Origin: an uncultured SAR86 cluster bacterium
GTDB taxonomy: Bacteria > Pseudomonadota > Gammaproteobacteria > Magnimaribacterales > AG-339-G14
DNA length: 64,000 nucleotides
Assembly (NCBI GenBank): GCA_902522825.1
Contig: CABYXE010000004.1
Coordinates: 19,364-83,363 of the forward strand
Reading direction: 5' to 3'
In this document: piece by piece, positions 50,896 to 60,274 of the stretch
Layout: the number at the start of each line of letters is the position of its first letter
Numbering within the stretch: the first letter of the stretch is position 1
Program-made: the position numbers and the translations under genes
Notes under the pieces: model-generated
Told to the model about the DNA's origin: nothing
Seen by the model: only the letters and a program-made list of their open reading frames with translations
Database searches by the model: none

Positions 50896-51324
50896 TTAGA
50901 GCTCAATTTTAATTGGATTTTGGCCTACATGAGGATGATTTTCTCCTTCGTATACCTTAAGTTTTGAAATCATAGTTTTAGAAAGTTTATTTTTTGGTAG
51001 CATCCCCTGTACAGCTTTAAAGATTATTTCTTCAGGTTTTTTTTCTATCATATCTAGAAATGTTGTTGATTTTAATCCGCCTGGATAACCAGTATGTCTA
51101 TAATAGTTTTTTTGAGTATCTTTGTTGCCTGTGATTTTTATTTTTTCCGCATTTATGATTACTACGTAGTCCCCTAAATCACTGTTGGGAGTATATTGAG
51201 CTTTATCTTTACCCATCAAGATAAAAGCAACTTTAGTACTAAGCCTTCCTAAAGTCTTATCACTTGCATCAAGCAAGAGCCATTTTTTTTCTAAATCAGT
51301 ATTTTTATAACTTTTTGTTTTCAT
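50896..51324 (-). CDS. rplM: 50S ribosomal protein L13
   Basis: [18 protein letters not shown] and [12 protein letters not shown]. Confidence 0.97.
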   Translation of the reverse strand: MKTKSYKNTDLEKKWLLLDASDKTLGRLSTKVAFILMGKDKAQYTPNSDLGDYVVIINAEKIKITGNKDTQKNYYRHTGYPGGLKSTTFLDMIEKKPEEIIFKAVQGMLPKNKLSKTMISKLKVYEGENHPHVGQNPIKIEL

Positions 51325-51388
51325 AACTATTAATTAAACTACGAAGGGCGTGAATATTAACTCAGAGAGATTATAATTTCCATCAGAT

Positions 51389-52138
51389 ATGAATAAAAAT
51401 TATATTAGAAACCTAGCTTTATGGCTATTTTTAGGAATTTTTTCGGGAATTTTGTTTTTGAACTTAAATCAAAGCGATGATTTACCTCAAGTATTAGAAA
51501 ATACTTCTCCTTCTGTGGTAAATATTTGGAGTTTAAAAAAATGGAAAGCTTGGCAGGAGAGATCAAACTTATTAGGCATTAAAAGATATAGACAAGTTAT
51601 CAAAACAGGATTTGTTCCAAATGGATCAGGAGTGATTGTTTCAAAAGAAGGAAACATAATCACTAGTTTTCATGTCGTGGATGAATCCTTTAAAAATAAT
51701 CAGAAGTTAATTGTCGAATTTAATGACGGCTCTACAGAGGAAGCTTTAATTATTGGATTTGATTTGGATGCAGATGTAGCTGTTATTAAATCTCTTGGGA
51801 AAAAAATTTACTCTCCAATGCAAGTTAGAAAAAACTTAGAAGAATTAAAAGTAGGTGAGACAGTTGTTGCTATTGGAAATCCTCAAGGTTTAGGGCAGTC
51901 ATTTAGTATTGGTATTGTAAGTGCCATAAATAGGCAATTCAAAAATAAAAACGGATCTTTTATTCAAACTGATGCTTCTATTAATCCAGGAAATTCTGGA
52001 GGAGCACTTGTTGATTCTAAAGGAAAACTAATTGGAATTACTAATTTTATTGAAAGCACTTCAGGGGGCAGTCAAGGGCTAAACTTTGCTATACCGGTTG
52101 ATGTTGTTATGGAAAGCTATAAGACTATTATCAATTAG
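51389..52138 (+). CDS. membrane-anchored trypsin-like serine protease, DegS-like but without a PDZ domain
   Basis: N-terminal TM, catalytic H (TSFHVV), D (DADVAVIK) and S (GNSGGALVD). The protein ends right after the protease domain at 249 aa. Confidence 0.8.
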   Translation: MNKNYIRNLALWLFLGIFSGILFLNLNQSDDLPQVLENTSPSVVNIWSLKKWKAWQERSNLLGIKRYRQVIKTGFVPNGSGVIVSKEGNIITSFHVVDESFKNNQKLIVEFNDGSTEEALIIGFDLDADVAVIKSLGKKIYSPMQVRKNLEELKVGETVVAIGNPQGLGQSFSIGIVSAINRQFKNKNGSFIQTDASINPGNSGGALVDSKGKLIGITNFIESTSGGSQGLNFAIPVDVVMESYKTIIN

Positions 52139-53450
52139 TTTCTATATTTTTTTTTCTTAATTTCAAAGCTTCTGAATGGGCAAAAAGTCCTTCCAATTCT
52201 GCAATCTCAATTGAGTTTTTGATAACTTTTTGCAACTCTTTAGAATCGTGATTTTCAGATAAGATAGAATATGAAGAAGTAATAAGAAAATCATTTAAAC
52301 TAACTTGCGAGCTAAATCTACTAGCTCCATTAGTTGGAATGACATGACTAGGTCCAGCACAATAATCACCGAACACAGCGCTATTAGATGCTCCGATAAA
52401 AATTGCACCGGCAGAAAAATTCTCTTTTATAATGTTATCTAAATTTTCAATAGAAATTTGTAAATGCTCTGGATGAACAAGATTACATATTTTTTCAGCA
52501 TCACTTAAGTTATTTACTTCGACTAAAAAAGAAAAATCCTTTAAAGATTTTTTTGCTATTTCAGATCTAGACAATTTATTTAATTGATCTATCAGAGCTT
52601 CATTTACATTTTCTTTTATGCCTTCACCAATTAAAATCAAAAAACATGAAGAGTCTGTGCCATGCTCTGCTTGAGCCAAAAGATCGGCAGCTATAAATTC
52701 AGGATTTGCTGAACTATCCGCAATTATCATTACTTCAGACGGACCCGTTAAAGAGTCAATACCGACAATTCCATATAACTGACGTTTTGCTTCTGCGACA
52801 TATTTGTTTCCCGGTCCAAAAATTTTATCGACCTTTTTTACTGAATTTGTTCCAAAAGCCATTGCCGCAATAGAGTGAGCTCCTCCAATGCTTATAGCTT
52901 CCTTGACTTCGCCTATGTGGCAAGAAGCCAGCATTAAATTTGTTACCTCTTTATTAGATGGAGGAAAAGATACAAGAATTTCTTCAACTCCTGCCAAGTT
53001 TGCTAATACGGATGTCATTAACACAGAAGATGGATAAGTAGCTGTGCCGCCTGGAGCATAAAGACCTACTCTCTTGATTGGTCTAACTACCTGGCCGTAT
53101 TCATTAAAAGCAGAATCTTTGTCTTTCCAATTACGGATTAATCTCTTTGAGTGAAATTTAACTATCCTTTCTTTTAAATACTCTAGGTTTTCGATAATGT
53201 TTTTATCTAATTTATCATAAGAATTTTTAAAATCTTTTTTCTTGAATTTAAAACTTTTAGGAGAAGAAAAGACAACATCATCAAATTTTTTTGAAAAGGA
53301 AATCAATGCATTATCTTGAGATAATTTTACTTCATTTAAAATATCGGTGACTTGTTTTTTAAATTCATCTGATAGTTTTAAGGAATCTGAAGATTCGTAA
53401 TTATTTATAAAATCATCAAATTCAAGCTCTTTCATAAGACCCTTTTTCAT
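52131..53450 (-). CDS. hisD: histidinol dehydrogenase
   Basis: GLYAPGGTATYPSSVLM, AQAEHG and PTNGASRFSS. Confidence 0.95.
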   Translation of the reverse strand: MKKGLMKELEFDDFINNYESSDSLKLSDEFKKQVTDILNEVKLSQDNALISFSKKFDDVVFSSPKSFKFKKKDFKNSYDKLDKNIIENLEYLKERIVKFHSKRLIRNWKDKDSAFNEYGQVVRPIKRVGLYAPGGTATYPSSVLMTSVLANLAGVEEILVSFPPSNKEVTNLMLASCHIGEVKEAISIGGAHSIAAMAFGTNSVKKVDKIFGPGNKYVAEAKRQLYGIVGIDSLTGPSEVMIIADSSANPEFIAADLLAQAEHGTDSSCFLILIGEGIKENVNEALIDQLNKLSRSEIAKKSLKDFSFLVEVNNLSDAEKICNLVHPEHLQISIENLDNIIKENFSAGAIFIGASNSAVFGDYCAGPSHVIPTNGASRFSSQVSLNDFLITSSYSILSENHDSKELQKVIKNSIEIAELEGLFAHSEALKLRKKNIETN

Positions 53451-54055
53451 ACTTCTTTTTTAAGTTTGTTTACGAAGTCTTTTATAAATTTATTATTTAA
53501 TTTAAAAGAAGATTTATTAACTATTAATCTAGAACTTATATCTGAAATTAAATCAAGTTCCTTCAAACCATTTTCTTCTAAGGTTTTGCCTGTTTGAACA
53601 AGATCAACTATGCAATCAGAAAGACCTAAAATAGGAGCAATTTCAATGGCTCCCTTCAAAATAACAACATCTATATCCTTTGAAAGTTTAGAAAAATATT
53701 TCTTTGCAAAGGTCGGATATTTAGTAGCTACTTTTATTTTTTTATTCTGCGGCAATGCATTTTTAAGAGAAGCTAGAGACAATCTGCAAATACCTATATT
53801 CAGATCTAAAACTTCATAATAATTATTCTCTAAATCTGTCTCAAAAAGAATATCCTTCCCAACAATTCCAACATCTGCAACGCCATAATTAACAAACTTA
53901 GGAATATCCCATGTCCTTAAAATAGCTATTTTTATATTCTCATTAGAAGTTTCAATAATTAATTTTCTTGAGTTTTCATCAAATTCAATTCCAATTTTAT
54001 AAAATAAATCTTTTATTTCTGGAAGTAATCTTCCTTTTGGTAAAGCTATCAACAT
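53447..54055 (-). CDS. hisG: ATP phosphoribosyltransferase, short form (HisZ-dependent type)
   Basis: MLIALPKGRL and DLVQTGKTLEENGL. At 202 aa it lacks the C-terminal regulatory domain. Confidence 0.93.
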   Translation of the reverse strand: MLIALPKGRLLPEIKDLFYKIGIEFDENSRKLIIETSNENIKIAILRTWDIPKFVNYGVADVGIVGKDILFETDLENNYYEVLDLNIGICRLSLASLKNALPQNKKIKVATKYPTFAKKYFSKLSKDIDVVILKGAIEIAPILGLSDCIVDLVQTGKTLEENGLKELDLISDISSRLIVNKSSFKLNNKFIKDFVNKLKKEV

Positions 54056-54057
54056 AT

Positions 54058-55320
54058 TTATTCCGAGATTCTATCTATTTTTGCTCCAAGAAGTTTCAAC
54101 TTTTCTTCAATTCTCTCGTATCCCCTATCAATATGATAAATTCTATCAACTTTAGTAATACCATTGGCAACTAAACCTGCTAAAACTAGACTTGCTGACG
54201 CTCTTAGATCTGTTGCCATTACCGGTGCAGAAGTCAACCCTTCTTGATTTCCATCTATGAAAGCTGTATTGCCTTTTAATTCAATTTTTCCTCCCATCCT
54301 AATTAATTCCTGAACATGCATAAATCTGTTTTCAAATACATTTTCTATGACTTCAGATTTTCCTTCTGCAATAGAATTCATGGCAATAAATTGAGCCTGC
54401 ATGTCGGTGGGAAAAAAAGGATAAGGGGCTGTCGAAATGTTAACTGCTTTGGGAGGATTGTTCATTTTTAATCTTATTGAGTTTTCCTCTTTAGATATTT
54501 TGGCCCCAGTAAGTTCTAATTTATTAAGTACTTTATCAAGCGTATTTGGGTTTACAGCTTTTACTGTAATTTCTCCTCCTGTCATAACGGCAGCTGTCAA
54601 ATAAGTAGCTATTTCGATTCTGTCTGGCATAACAGAAAAATTAGTTGGTCTAAGTTCGTCAACACCATCAATAATTAATTGATCTGTTTCTTCTCCACTA
54701 ATTTTTGCTCCCATTTTTTTTAAACACTTAATTAAATCAGTAACTTCTGGTTCTTTTGCGGCATTAGTAATTTTAGTTTGGCCCTTCGCTAATGAAGCAG
54801 CCATGATTGCATTTTCCGTACCTGTTACCGTTACTTGAGAAAATTCTATATTGGCTCCTACAAGTCCACCTGTTGCTTTAGCTTTTATGTAACCATTGCT
54901 TGTGTCTATATCTGCCCCTAATTTTCTCATGCAGTCTAAGTGAAGATTAACTGGTCTGCTTCCTATTGCGCATCCTCCCGGCAGAGCAACTTCAGCTTCA
55001 TGAAATCTTGCTAAAAGAGGACCTAGAACTAAGATTGAAGCTCTCATAGTTTTTACTAATTCATATCTTGCTTTGAGGTTATTTATCATAGAGGTATCAA
55101 CTTCTATATCCATATTTTCATTGAAGGTCATAAAAGCGCCCATAGAGCTCAAGATTTCAAGCATCGTAGTTATATCGTTAAGATGGGGGATGTTACTAAG
55201 GGTTAATTTTTCTTTGAGAAGAATTGAACTTGCTAAAATAGGTAAAGCAGAATTTTTGGCTCCTGACGCTTTTACTGAGCCATTAAGTTCAAATCCACCT
55301 TCTATGAGCAATTTGTCCAT
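54058..55320 (-). CDS. murA: UDP-N-acetylglucosamine 1-carboxyvinyltransferase
   Basis: [28 protein letters not shown] and [16 protein letters not shown]. Confidence 0.98.
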   Translation of the reverse strand: MDKLLIEGGFELNGSVKASGAKNSALPILASSILLKEKLTLSNIPHLNDITTMLEILSSMGAFMTFNENMDIEVDTSMINNLKARYELVKTMRASILVLGPLLARFHEAEVALPGGCAIGSRPVNLHLDCMRKLGADIDTSNGYIKAKATGGLVGANIEFSQVTVTGTENAIMAASLAKGQTKITNAAKEPEVTDLIKCLKKMGAKISGEETDQLIIDGVDELRPTNFSVMPDRIEIATYLTAAVMTGGEITVKAVNPNTLDKVLNKLELTGAKISKEENSIRLKMNNPPKAVNISTAPYPFFPTDMQAQFIAMNSIAEGKSEVIENVFENRFMHVQELIRMGGKIELKGNTAFIDGNQEGLTSAPVMATDLRASASLVLAGLVANGITKVDRIYHIDRGYERIEEKLKLLGAKIDRISE

Positions 55321-55328
55321 TTTGGCTC

Positions 55329-55922
55329 TTAACTATCTAATTCCCAATTTTGAATAGCTAAGTCAAAATTATTATCTGAATCTAACAGAAGTTTATTAAA
55401 CTGTTTTCTAAAAATTCCAATTAAATCAATTCCATCCAAAATTATTCCTATAACTTTCCATCTAGTGTTTATTTTCTTCATCTTATAAATTAGGTCAAAA
55501 TCTGATTCAGAGACATTTACTTTCATTTTGACAATTGCTAAATCTAAACGTTCATTGGGGTGAACATGGGAAACAATAATGATATTAGTTTCATCGATTT
55601 CGCTTAAAGCCGTAGAGTAAGTATCAAAAAGAGTATTTTTAAATTTTAAATCAAAGTCTTTTCTTTGCTTTTTAGATGCAATTTTGTAGTTTTTTTTACC
55701 CAAAACTCTCTTAGATATTTCTTGAGAAATTATTAAATCTTTTAAATTTTTTTCCAGGCCAAGTAGAAATCTATTCCTGTCATTTTTAAGAATTTCTTCT
55801 GAAGAATTAATGTAATTAAAAACTTTGTTGTGTTGTTCTTTCACGTACTTTTCAACTTCATCGCCAGTGAAGGAATAGGCAGAAAAGATAAATAAAGTGA
55901 AAAATATTAATAGTTTTCGCAT
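55329..55922 (-). CDS. mlaC: MlaC (Ttg2D) family periplasmic phospholipid-binding protein
   Basis: Signal peptide. Colinear with MlaC, including [22 protein letters not shown] (compare [22 protein letters not shown]). Confidence 0.75.
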   Translation of the reverse strand: MRKLLIFFTLFIFSAYSFTGDEVEKYVKEQHNKVFNYINSSEEILKNDRNRFLLGLEKNLKDLIISQEISKRVLGKKNYKIASKKQRKDFDLKFKNTLFDTYSTALSEIDETNIIIVSHVHPNERLDLAIVKMKVNVSESDFDLIYKMKKINTRWKVIGIILDGIDLIGIFRKQFNKLLLDSDNNFDLAIQNWELDS

Positions 55923-55975
55923 AGAATTAGTTACGTAATATTAAAAGTCTACTATAAAAGCTAGAATTATCTGTT

Positions 55976-56953
55976 ATGAATAAAAAAAGTCCTAATTTTT
56001 TTAGTTCAGCTAAAAAAACATTTTCCAAAGAGATCGATTCTTTGTCCCGTATTCCTAAACAAATTAATAAAAATAAATTCAATGAAATATGCAAGGTGAT
56101 TTTAAATTGTAAGGGTAATACTGTGCTAATGGGTATTGGAAAATCTGGAAACATTGCCGCAAAAATCTCTTCTACATTGTCAAGTACTGGAACTTCATCA
56201 TTCTATTTAAATGCCGCAGAAGCAAGTCATGGTGATCTAGGCAGTCTCAAGAAAAATGATATCTTAGTAATCTTGTCTTTTTCTGGCGAAACTGAAGAAA
56301 TTATCAAAATTTTTTCAGCATGCAAATCAAAGGTAAACAAAATAATCTCATTAACTGGCTCAAAAGACTCTACTCTAGCCAAAGAATCTCATTTTAGTTT
56401 AAATATTGATATTTCTGAAGAAGCCTGCCCCTTAAATCTAGCGCCAACAACAAGTTCTTCAGCCATGTTGATTTTGGGTGATGCTATTGCAATAAGTATT
56501 CTTGAAGCCAGAGATTTTTCTCCCGAGGATTTTGCAAAAAATCATCCAGGTGGAAAATTAGGCAAAAGCTTTCTTAAGGTTAAAGATCTTATGATTTCAG
56601 GGCCTCGCCTGCCCATTATTTCTGAATCTACTGATTTAAGAGACGCTATTTATGAAATATCTCACAAAGGGTTAGGTTTAACTTTAATAAAAAATAATAA
56701 AAACAAAATAATTGGTGTCTTCACTGATGGAGATCTGAGAAGATTTCTAAGCAAAAAAGTAAATATTGAAACTATCAAAATTAAGTCCTTGATGACCAAA
56801 AGCTTTAAGTCGATAAATCAAAATTTTCAAATAAAAAATGCTATTGACCAAATGAATAAAAATAAAATTTATTCTCTAGTTGTTAAAAATGAAAAAAATC
56901 AGGTTGTTGGACTTTTAAGAATGCATGACATTTTAGAAGCAAAAATCATTTAA
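55976..56953 (+). CDS. kdsD: arabinose-5-phosphate isomerase (SIS plus CBS pair)
   Basis: GIGKSGNIAAKISSTLSSTGT and NHPGGKLG, with C-terminal tandem CBS domains. Confidence 0.93.
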   Translation: MNKKSPNFFSSAKKTFSKEIDSLSRIPKQINKNKFNEICKVILNCKGNTVLMGIGKSGNIAAKISSTLSSTGTSSFYLNAAEASHGDLGSLKKNDILVILSFSGETEEIIKIFSACKSKVNKIISLTGSKDSTLAKESHFSLNIDISEEACPLNLAPTTSSSAMLILGDAIAISILEARDFSPEDFAKNHPGGKLGKSFLKVKDLMISGPRLPIISESTDLRDAIYEISHKGLGLTLIKNNKNKIIGVFTDGDLRRFLSKKVNIETIKIKSLMTKSFKSINQNFQIKNAIDQMNKNKIYSLVVKNEKNQVVGLLRMHDILEAKII

Positions 56954-57516
56954 TGTTCAAGCAAGCCTCCATCTATACTATTTTGTTATTGGCATTAATT
57001 TCTTTGGCTTTTTTTCTCAGTACTTATTACCTAAACTCAAAGTCAGACCAAGTAAAAGAACAAAACTTAAATATTTTTCAAGCAAAAGATATTAGCCTTA
57101 AATTAAATTTTTTTAGTTCAGATTTTGATATAACTCTTAAAAGTAGAATGATAAACGGACTGACAGACTCGAAAATATTAGATATTTTTAATCCAACAAT
57201 TTACTTAAAAAACTCATCATTAGAAGTAGAAATCATCTCAGAGAGTTCAAAGCTAAATTATGGTACTGAAGAACTGCTGATACCTAATAAAATGAGTTTT
57301 AAAGGGAAATATCTTGGCAAACCTTTTAGAGGTGAAGCAGATCAAATGAAATTTAATTTTTTGGATAATAGAGTTTTTTTTAATAAAGATTTAGTAATTA
57401 TATTTGACGAAAAAGAATATAAGGGCAGAAATATTGAAATAGATACACAACTCCAGTCTATTATTGATAGTGATAAAATAACTATTAATGCAGTCAATGA
57501 TTTTAAAAGCAGATAA
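56953..57516 (+). CDS. lptC: LPS export system protein LptC
   Basis: 187 aa with an N-terminal TM anchor, located between kdsD and lptB. The sequence is weakly diagnostic. Confidence 0.65.
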   Translation: MFKQASIYTILLLALISLAFFLSTYYLNSKSDQVKEQNLNIFQAKDISLKLNFFSSDFDITLKSRMINGLTDSKILDIFNPTIYLKNSSLEVEIISESSKLNYGTEELLIPNKMSFKGKYLGKPFRGEADQMKFNFLDNRVFFNKDLVIIFDEKEYKGRNIEIDTQLQSIIDSDKITINAVNDFKSR

Positions 57517-58204
57517 AATATCTAAAAATTATGGAAAAAAAAGTATTTTGCATGATATTGATGCAGATATTAACGTAAATGAAATTAGTGGGTTACTAGG
57601 TCCAAATGGAGCAGGAAAGACAACTTTATTCTATATTTTAGCAGGGCTCTTGCAGCCATCTGAAGGAGAAATAATTTTTGATAAAAGTATCATTACAAGG
57701 AAAACAATAAGTGAAAGAGCTAATTTAGGAATAGTTTATCTACCTCAAGAACCATCTATCTTTAGAAATTTAAGTGTTTTAGAAAATATTAAATCCGCTT
57801 TTGAAATTCAAAAAATAAATAAAGTTGATATCGATTTAAAAACAGAAGAAATCTTAAATGATTTTGATATCGAATCTATAGCTATGCAAAAAGGAAATCA
57901 ATTATCTGGTGGTCAGAGGCGAAGGGTTGAAATAGCGAGATCAATTTCTTTAAATCCTAAATTTGTAATGTTGGATGAACCTTTTGCTGGCATTGATCCA
58001 ATTGCAATACATGAGATAAAAGAATTGATAAAAAAATTATCAGATAAGGGTCTTGGAATATTAATAAGTGATCATAACGTAAAAGCTACAATGGATATTT
58101 GCAATGAAATTTTTATTATTAATGAAGGATGTATTATCTCAAAAGGGACTCCTGAAGAAGTTTCCAAAAATAAAATTGTTAAAAAAACCTATTTAGGCGA
58201 ATAA
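57488..58204 (+). CDS. lptB: LPS export ABC transporter ATPase LptB
   Basis: Walker A GPNGAGKTT, signature LSGGQRRR and Walker B VMLDEP. An alternative start lies at 57497. Confidence 0.95.
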   Translation: MQSMILKADKISKNYGKKSILHDIDADINVNEISGLLGPNGAGKTTLFYILAGLLQPSEGEIIFDKSIITRKTISERANLGIVYLPQEPSIFRNLSVLENIKSAFEIQKINKVDIDLKTEEILNDFDIESIAMQKGNQLSGGQRRRVEIARSISLNPKFVMLDEPFAGIDPIAIHEIKELIKKLSDKGLGILISDHNVKATMDICNEIFIINEGCIISKGTPEEVSKNKIVKKTYLGE

Positions 58205-58209
58205 ATTTT

Positions 58210-58437
58210 ATGAAAAAAAAGTCACTTTTAATTAATCAGTTAAAACTTAAAAGGAGTTTAAGAACAGAGATTTATGAATTTTTAAAGAAAGAAATCGAAA
58301 CTGAAAATGAAAATAAGAAATCTGACGAAGAATTATCAGATTTATTTAATACAAAATTTGATTCAAAGATCTCAAGAAAGACTATTGCTAAATATAGACA
58401 AGAATTGGGTATTCCTTCCTCCATTAAAAGAAAATGA
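58210..58437 (+). CDS. 75-aa ORF equal to the C-terminal RpoN-box fragment of sigma-54 (relic or mini-protein)
   Basis: LKKEIETEN...SDEELSDLF...ISRKTIAKYRQELGIPSSIKRK is colinear with the sigma-54 C-terminus ([21 protein letters not shown]). It sits in the rpoN position after lptB. Confidence 0.6.
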   Translation: MKKKSLLINQLKLKRSLRTEIYEFLKKEIETENENKKSDEELSDLFNTKFDSKISRKTIAKYRQELGIPSSIKRK

Positions 58438-59771
58438 ATAATGCTTCTTCTTTAAACATAGGTTTCATACAAGAAGAGCTACTAAAAGGAGAGTTTAAAA
58501 ATTTAAAAAAAATGTTCAATGGGATTCCTCCATATGACATTGCGATTTTGTTGGAATCTAGTTCTCCAAATAATAGAGCAATAATCTGGCAATTAATTGA
58601 TGAGGCCATAGAAGGAGAAATTTTAAGCAATCTTTCTGAAGAAGTAAGAGAAATGATCCTAACTTTTATGGATCCATCTGAAGTAGCAAACGTCATTAAA
58701 AATCTTCAACCAGATCAAATTGCAGATATTCTGCAGGATCTACCTGAAACAGTAATAGCTGAAGTTTTAGATGCAATGACAGATCAGAATAGACAGCTTG
58801 TAAAAAAAGTTCTTGTCTACCCCGAAAATACTGCAGGCGGATTAATGAATACTGATCTTATTTTAGTAAGACCAAACCACACACTAGAAGTAGTTTTAAA
58901 ATATTTGAGACTTAAAAAAGCCTTACCAAATTCTACTGATAATCTTTTTGTAGTAAGCAAAACAAATAAGTTTAGAGGCGTTCTTCCTATCTCTAAAATT
59001 TTAACAAGTTCTCCTAGTACATTAGTAAAAGATTTAATGCAAGACGAAATGGATTCAATAAATGTTGATACGGATTCTTTAGAGGTTATAAGAGTTTTTG
59101 AAAAGAATGACTTAATCTCAGCTCCTGTAACAGATAATGAAAATAATTTGATTGGAAGAATTACCTTTGATGATGTAATAGATGAAATTAAATCAGAAGC
59201 TGATGAATCGCTGAGGCAAATATCGGGAATTGATAGCGATACTTTTGAAAAAACTAGTACAGCAATAAAGAAAAGAGGATTTTGGCTTGGAACAAATCTT
59301 ATTACTGCTTTAATTGCAGCTTCTGTAATAAACATCTTTAAAGAAACATTAGAAGAAGTAATATTTTTAGCCGTTTTGATGCCGATTATTGCGAGTATGG
59401 GCGGAGTTGCTGCTACTCAGACACTTACAATAACTGTTAGAGGATTAGCATTGGGCCAAATTGTGAAAGCTAATTATAAATATATTTTCAATAGAGAGTT
59501 AATTGTAGGTATTACAAATGGTTTCCTTTGGGCAATTGTTTTGAGTTTAATTGCATGCTTATGGTTTCAAGACTGGACGCTTATATGGGTAATAAGTTTA
59601 TCAATGATTATAAATTTACTTGCAGGTATTCTATCAGGAATGGGTATCCCTATTCTTCTGAGGAGCCTTAAAATGGATCCAGCAGTTGCAGGAAGCGTTA
59701 TCGTAACTACGGTGACAGACGTTGTAGGGTTCTTTTCCTTTTTAGGATTTGCCTCTTATTTTTATTCCTAA
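58434..59771 (+). CDS. mgtE: magnesium transporter MgtE
   Basis: N-domain, CBS pair and a C-terminal TM domain with PIIASMGGVAATQT and GSVIVTTVTDVVGF. Confidence 0.95.
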   Translation: MNNASSLNIGFIQEELLKGEFKNLKKMFNGIPPYDIAILLESSSPNNRAIIWQLIDEAIEGEILSNLSEEVREMILTFMDPSEVANVIKNLQPDQIADILQDLPETVIAEVLDAMTDQNRQLVKKVLVYPENTAGGLMNTDLILVRPNHTLEVVLKYLRLKKALPNSTDNLFVVSKTNKFRGVLPISKILTSSPSTLVKDLMQDEMDSINVDTDSLEVIRVFEKNDLISAPVTDNENNLIGRITFDDVIDEIKSEADESLRQISGIDSDTFEKTSTAIKKRGFWLGTNLITALIAASVINIFKETLEEVIFLAVLMPIIASMGGVAATQTLTITVRGLALGQIVKANYKYIFNRELIVGITNGFLWAIVLSLIACLWFQDWTLIWVISLSMIINLLAGILSGMGIPILLRSLKMDPAVAGSVIVTTVTDVVGFFSFLGFASYFYS

Positions 59772-60274
59772 TTAGATTGAATAAATTTAATTCTTAATTG
59801 ACGCAAAATTCCAAATATAATTGGCCAAATTAATGCAGATATTAATGTCAAAGAGATTAATTCAATGACAATGCTTTCTTTGAATTCACCAAGGAAAGAT
59901 ATTAAAAAAATTTGATAAATTAAAACTACAATAGCAACAAATAATGATTGTTGTATGGTGTACAAAGCCCTTAGTCTATGGAAATATCTTTGTGTTAAAT
60001 AAGAAATAAATAAAAAAAGTAGCACATGAGAACCAAGTAATACTTCTTGATTAATATCTAAACTAAAACCAAATATCATCGCCCATATTAATCCTATATT
60101 TTTAGGAAGAGCCATATTCCAATATATTAAAACCATTAAAGTTAAAGGAAGATAAACCGACAAATCGAACATATTAGATAAAAATATTTCTAAAAGAAAA
60201 GAAAAAAATATTGTAATTCCTATAAAAAAATAAACAGAAATAAAATTATTTTTTTTATCTAGGTATTCTGTCAT
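59768..60274 (-). CDS. mreD: rod shape-determining protein MreD
   Basis: 168 aa polytopic membrane protein directly after mreC. Confidence 0.8.
   Translation of the reverse strand: MTEYLDKKNNFISVYFFIGITIFFSFLLEIFLSNMFDLSVYLPLTLMVLIYWNMALPKNIGLIWAMIFGFSLDINQEVLLGSHVLLFLFISYLTQRYFHRLRALYTIQQSLFVAIVVLIYQIFLISFLGEFKESIVIELISLTLISALIWPIIFGILRQLRIKFIQSN

Noticed and set aside
58817-59335. A 172-aa ORF antisense to mgtE. Similar shadow ORFs include 311-523, 41763-42089, 55927-56154, 58424-58696, 21081-21338 and 62505-62753.
   Set aside because: Each lies entirely inside a well-supported gene on the other strand. The products are low-complexity with no recognisable motifs, as expected for complementary-frame shadow ORFs.
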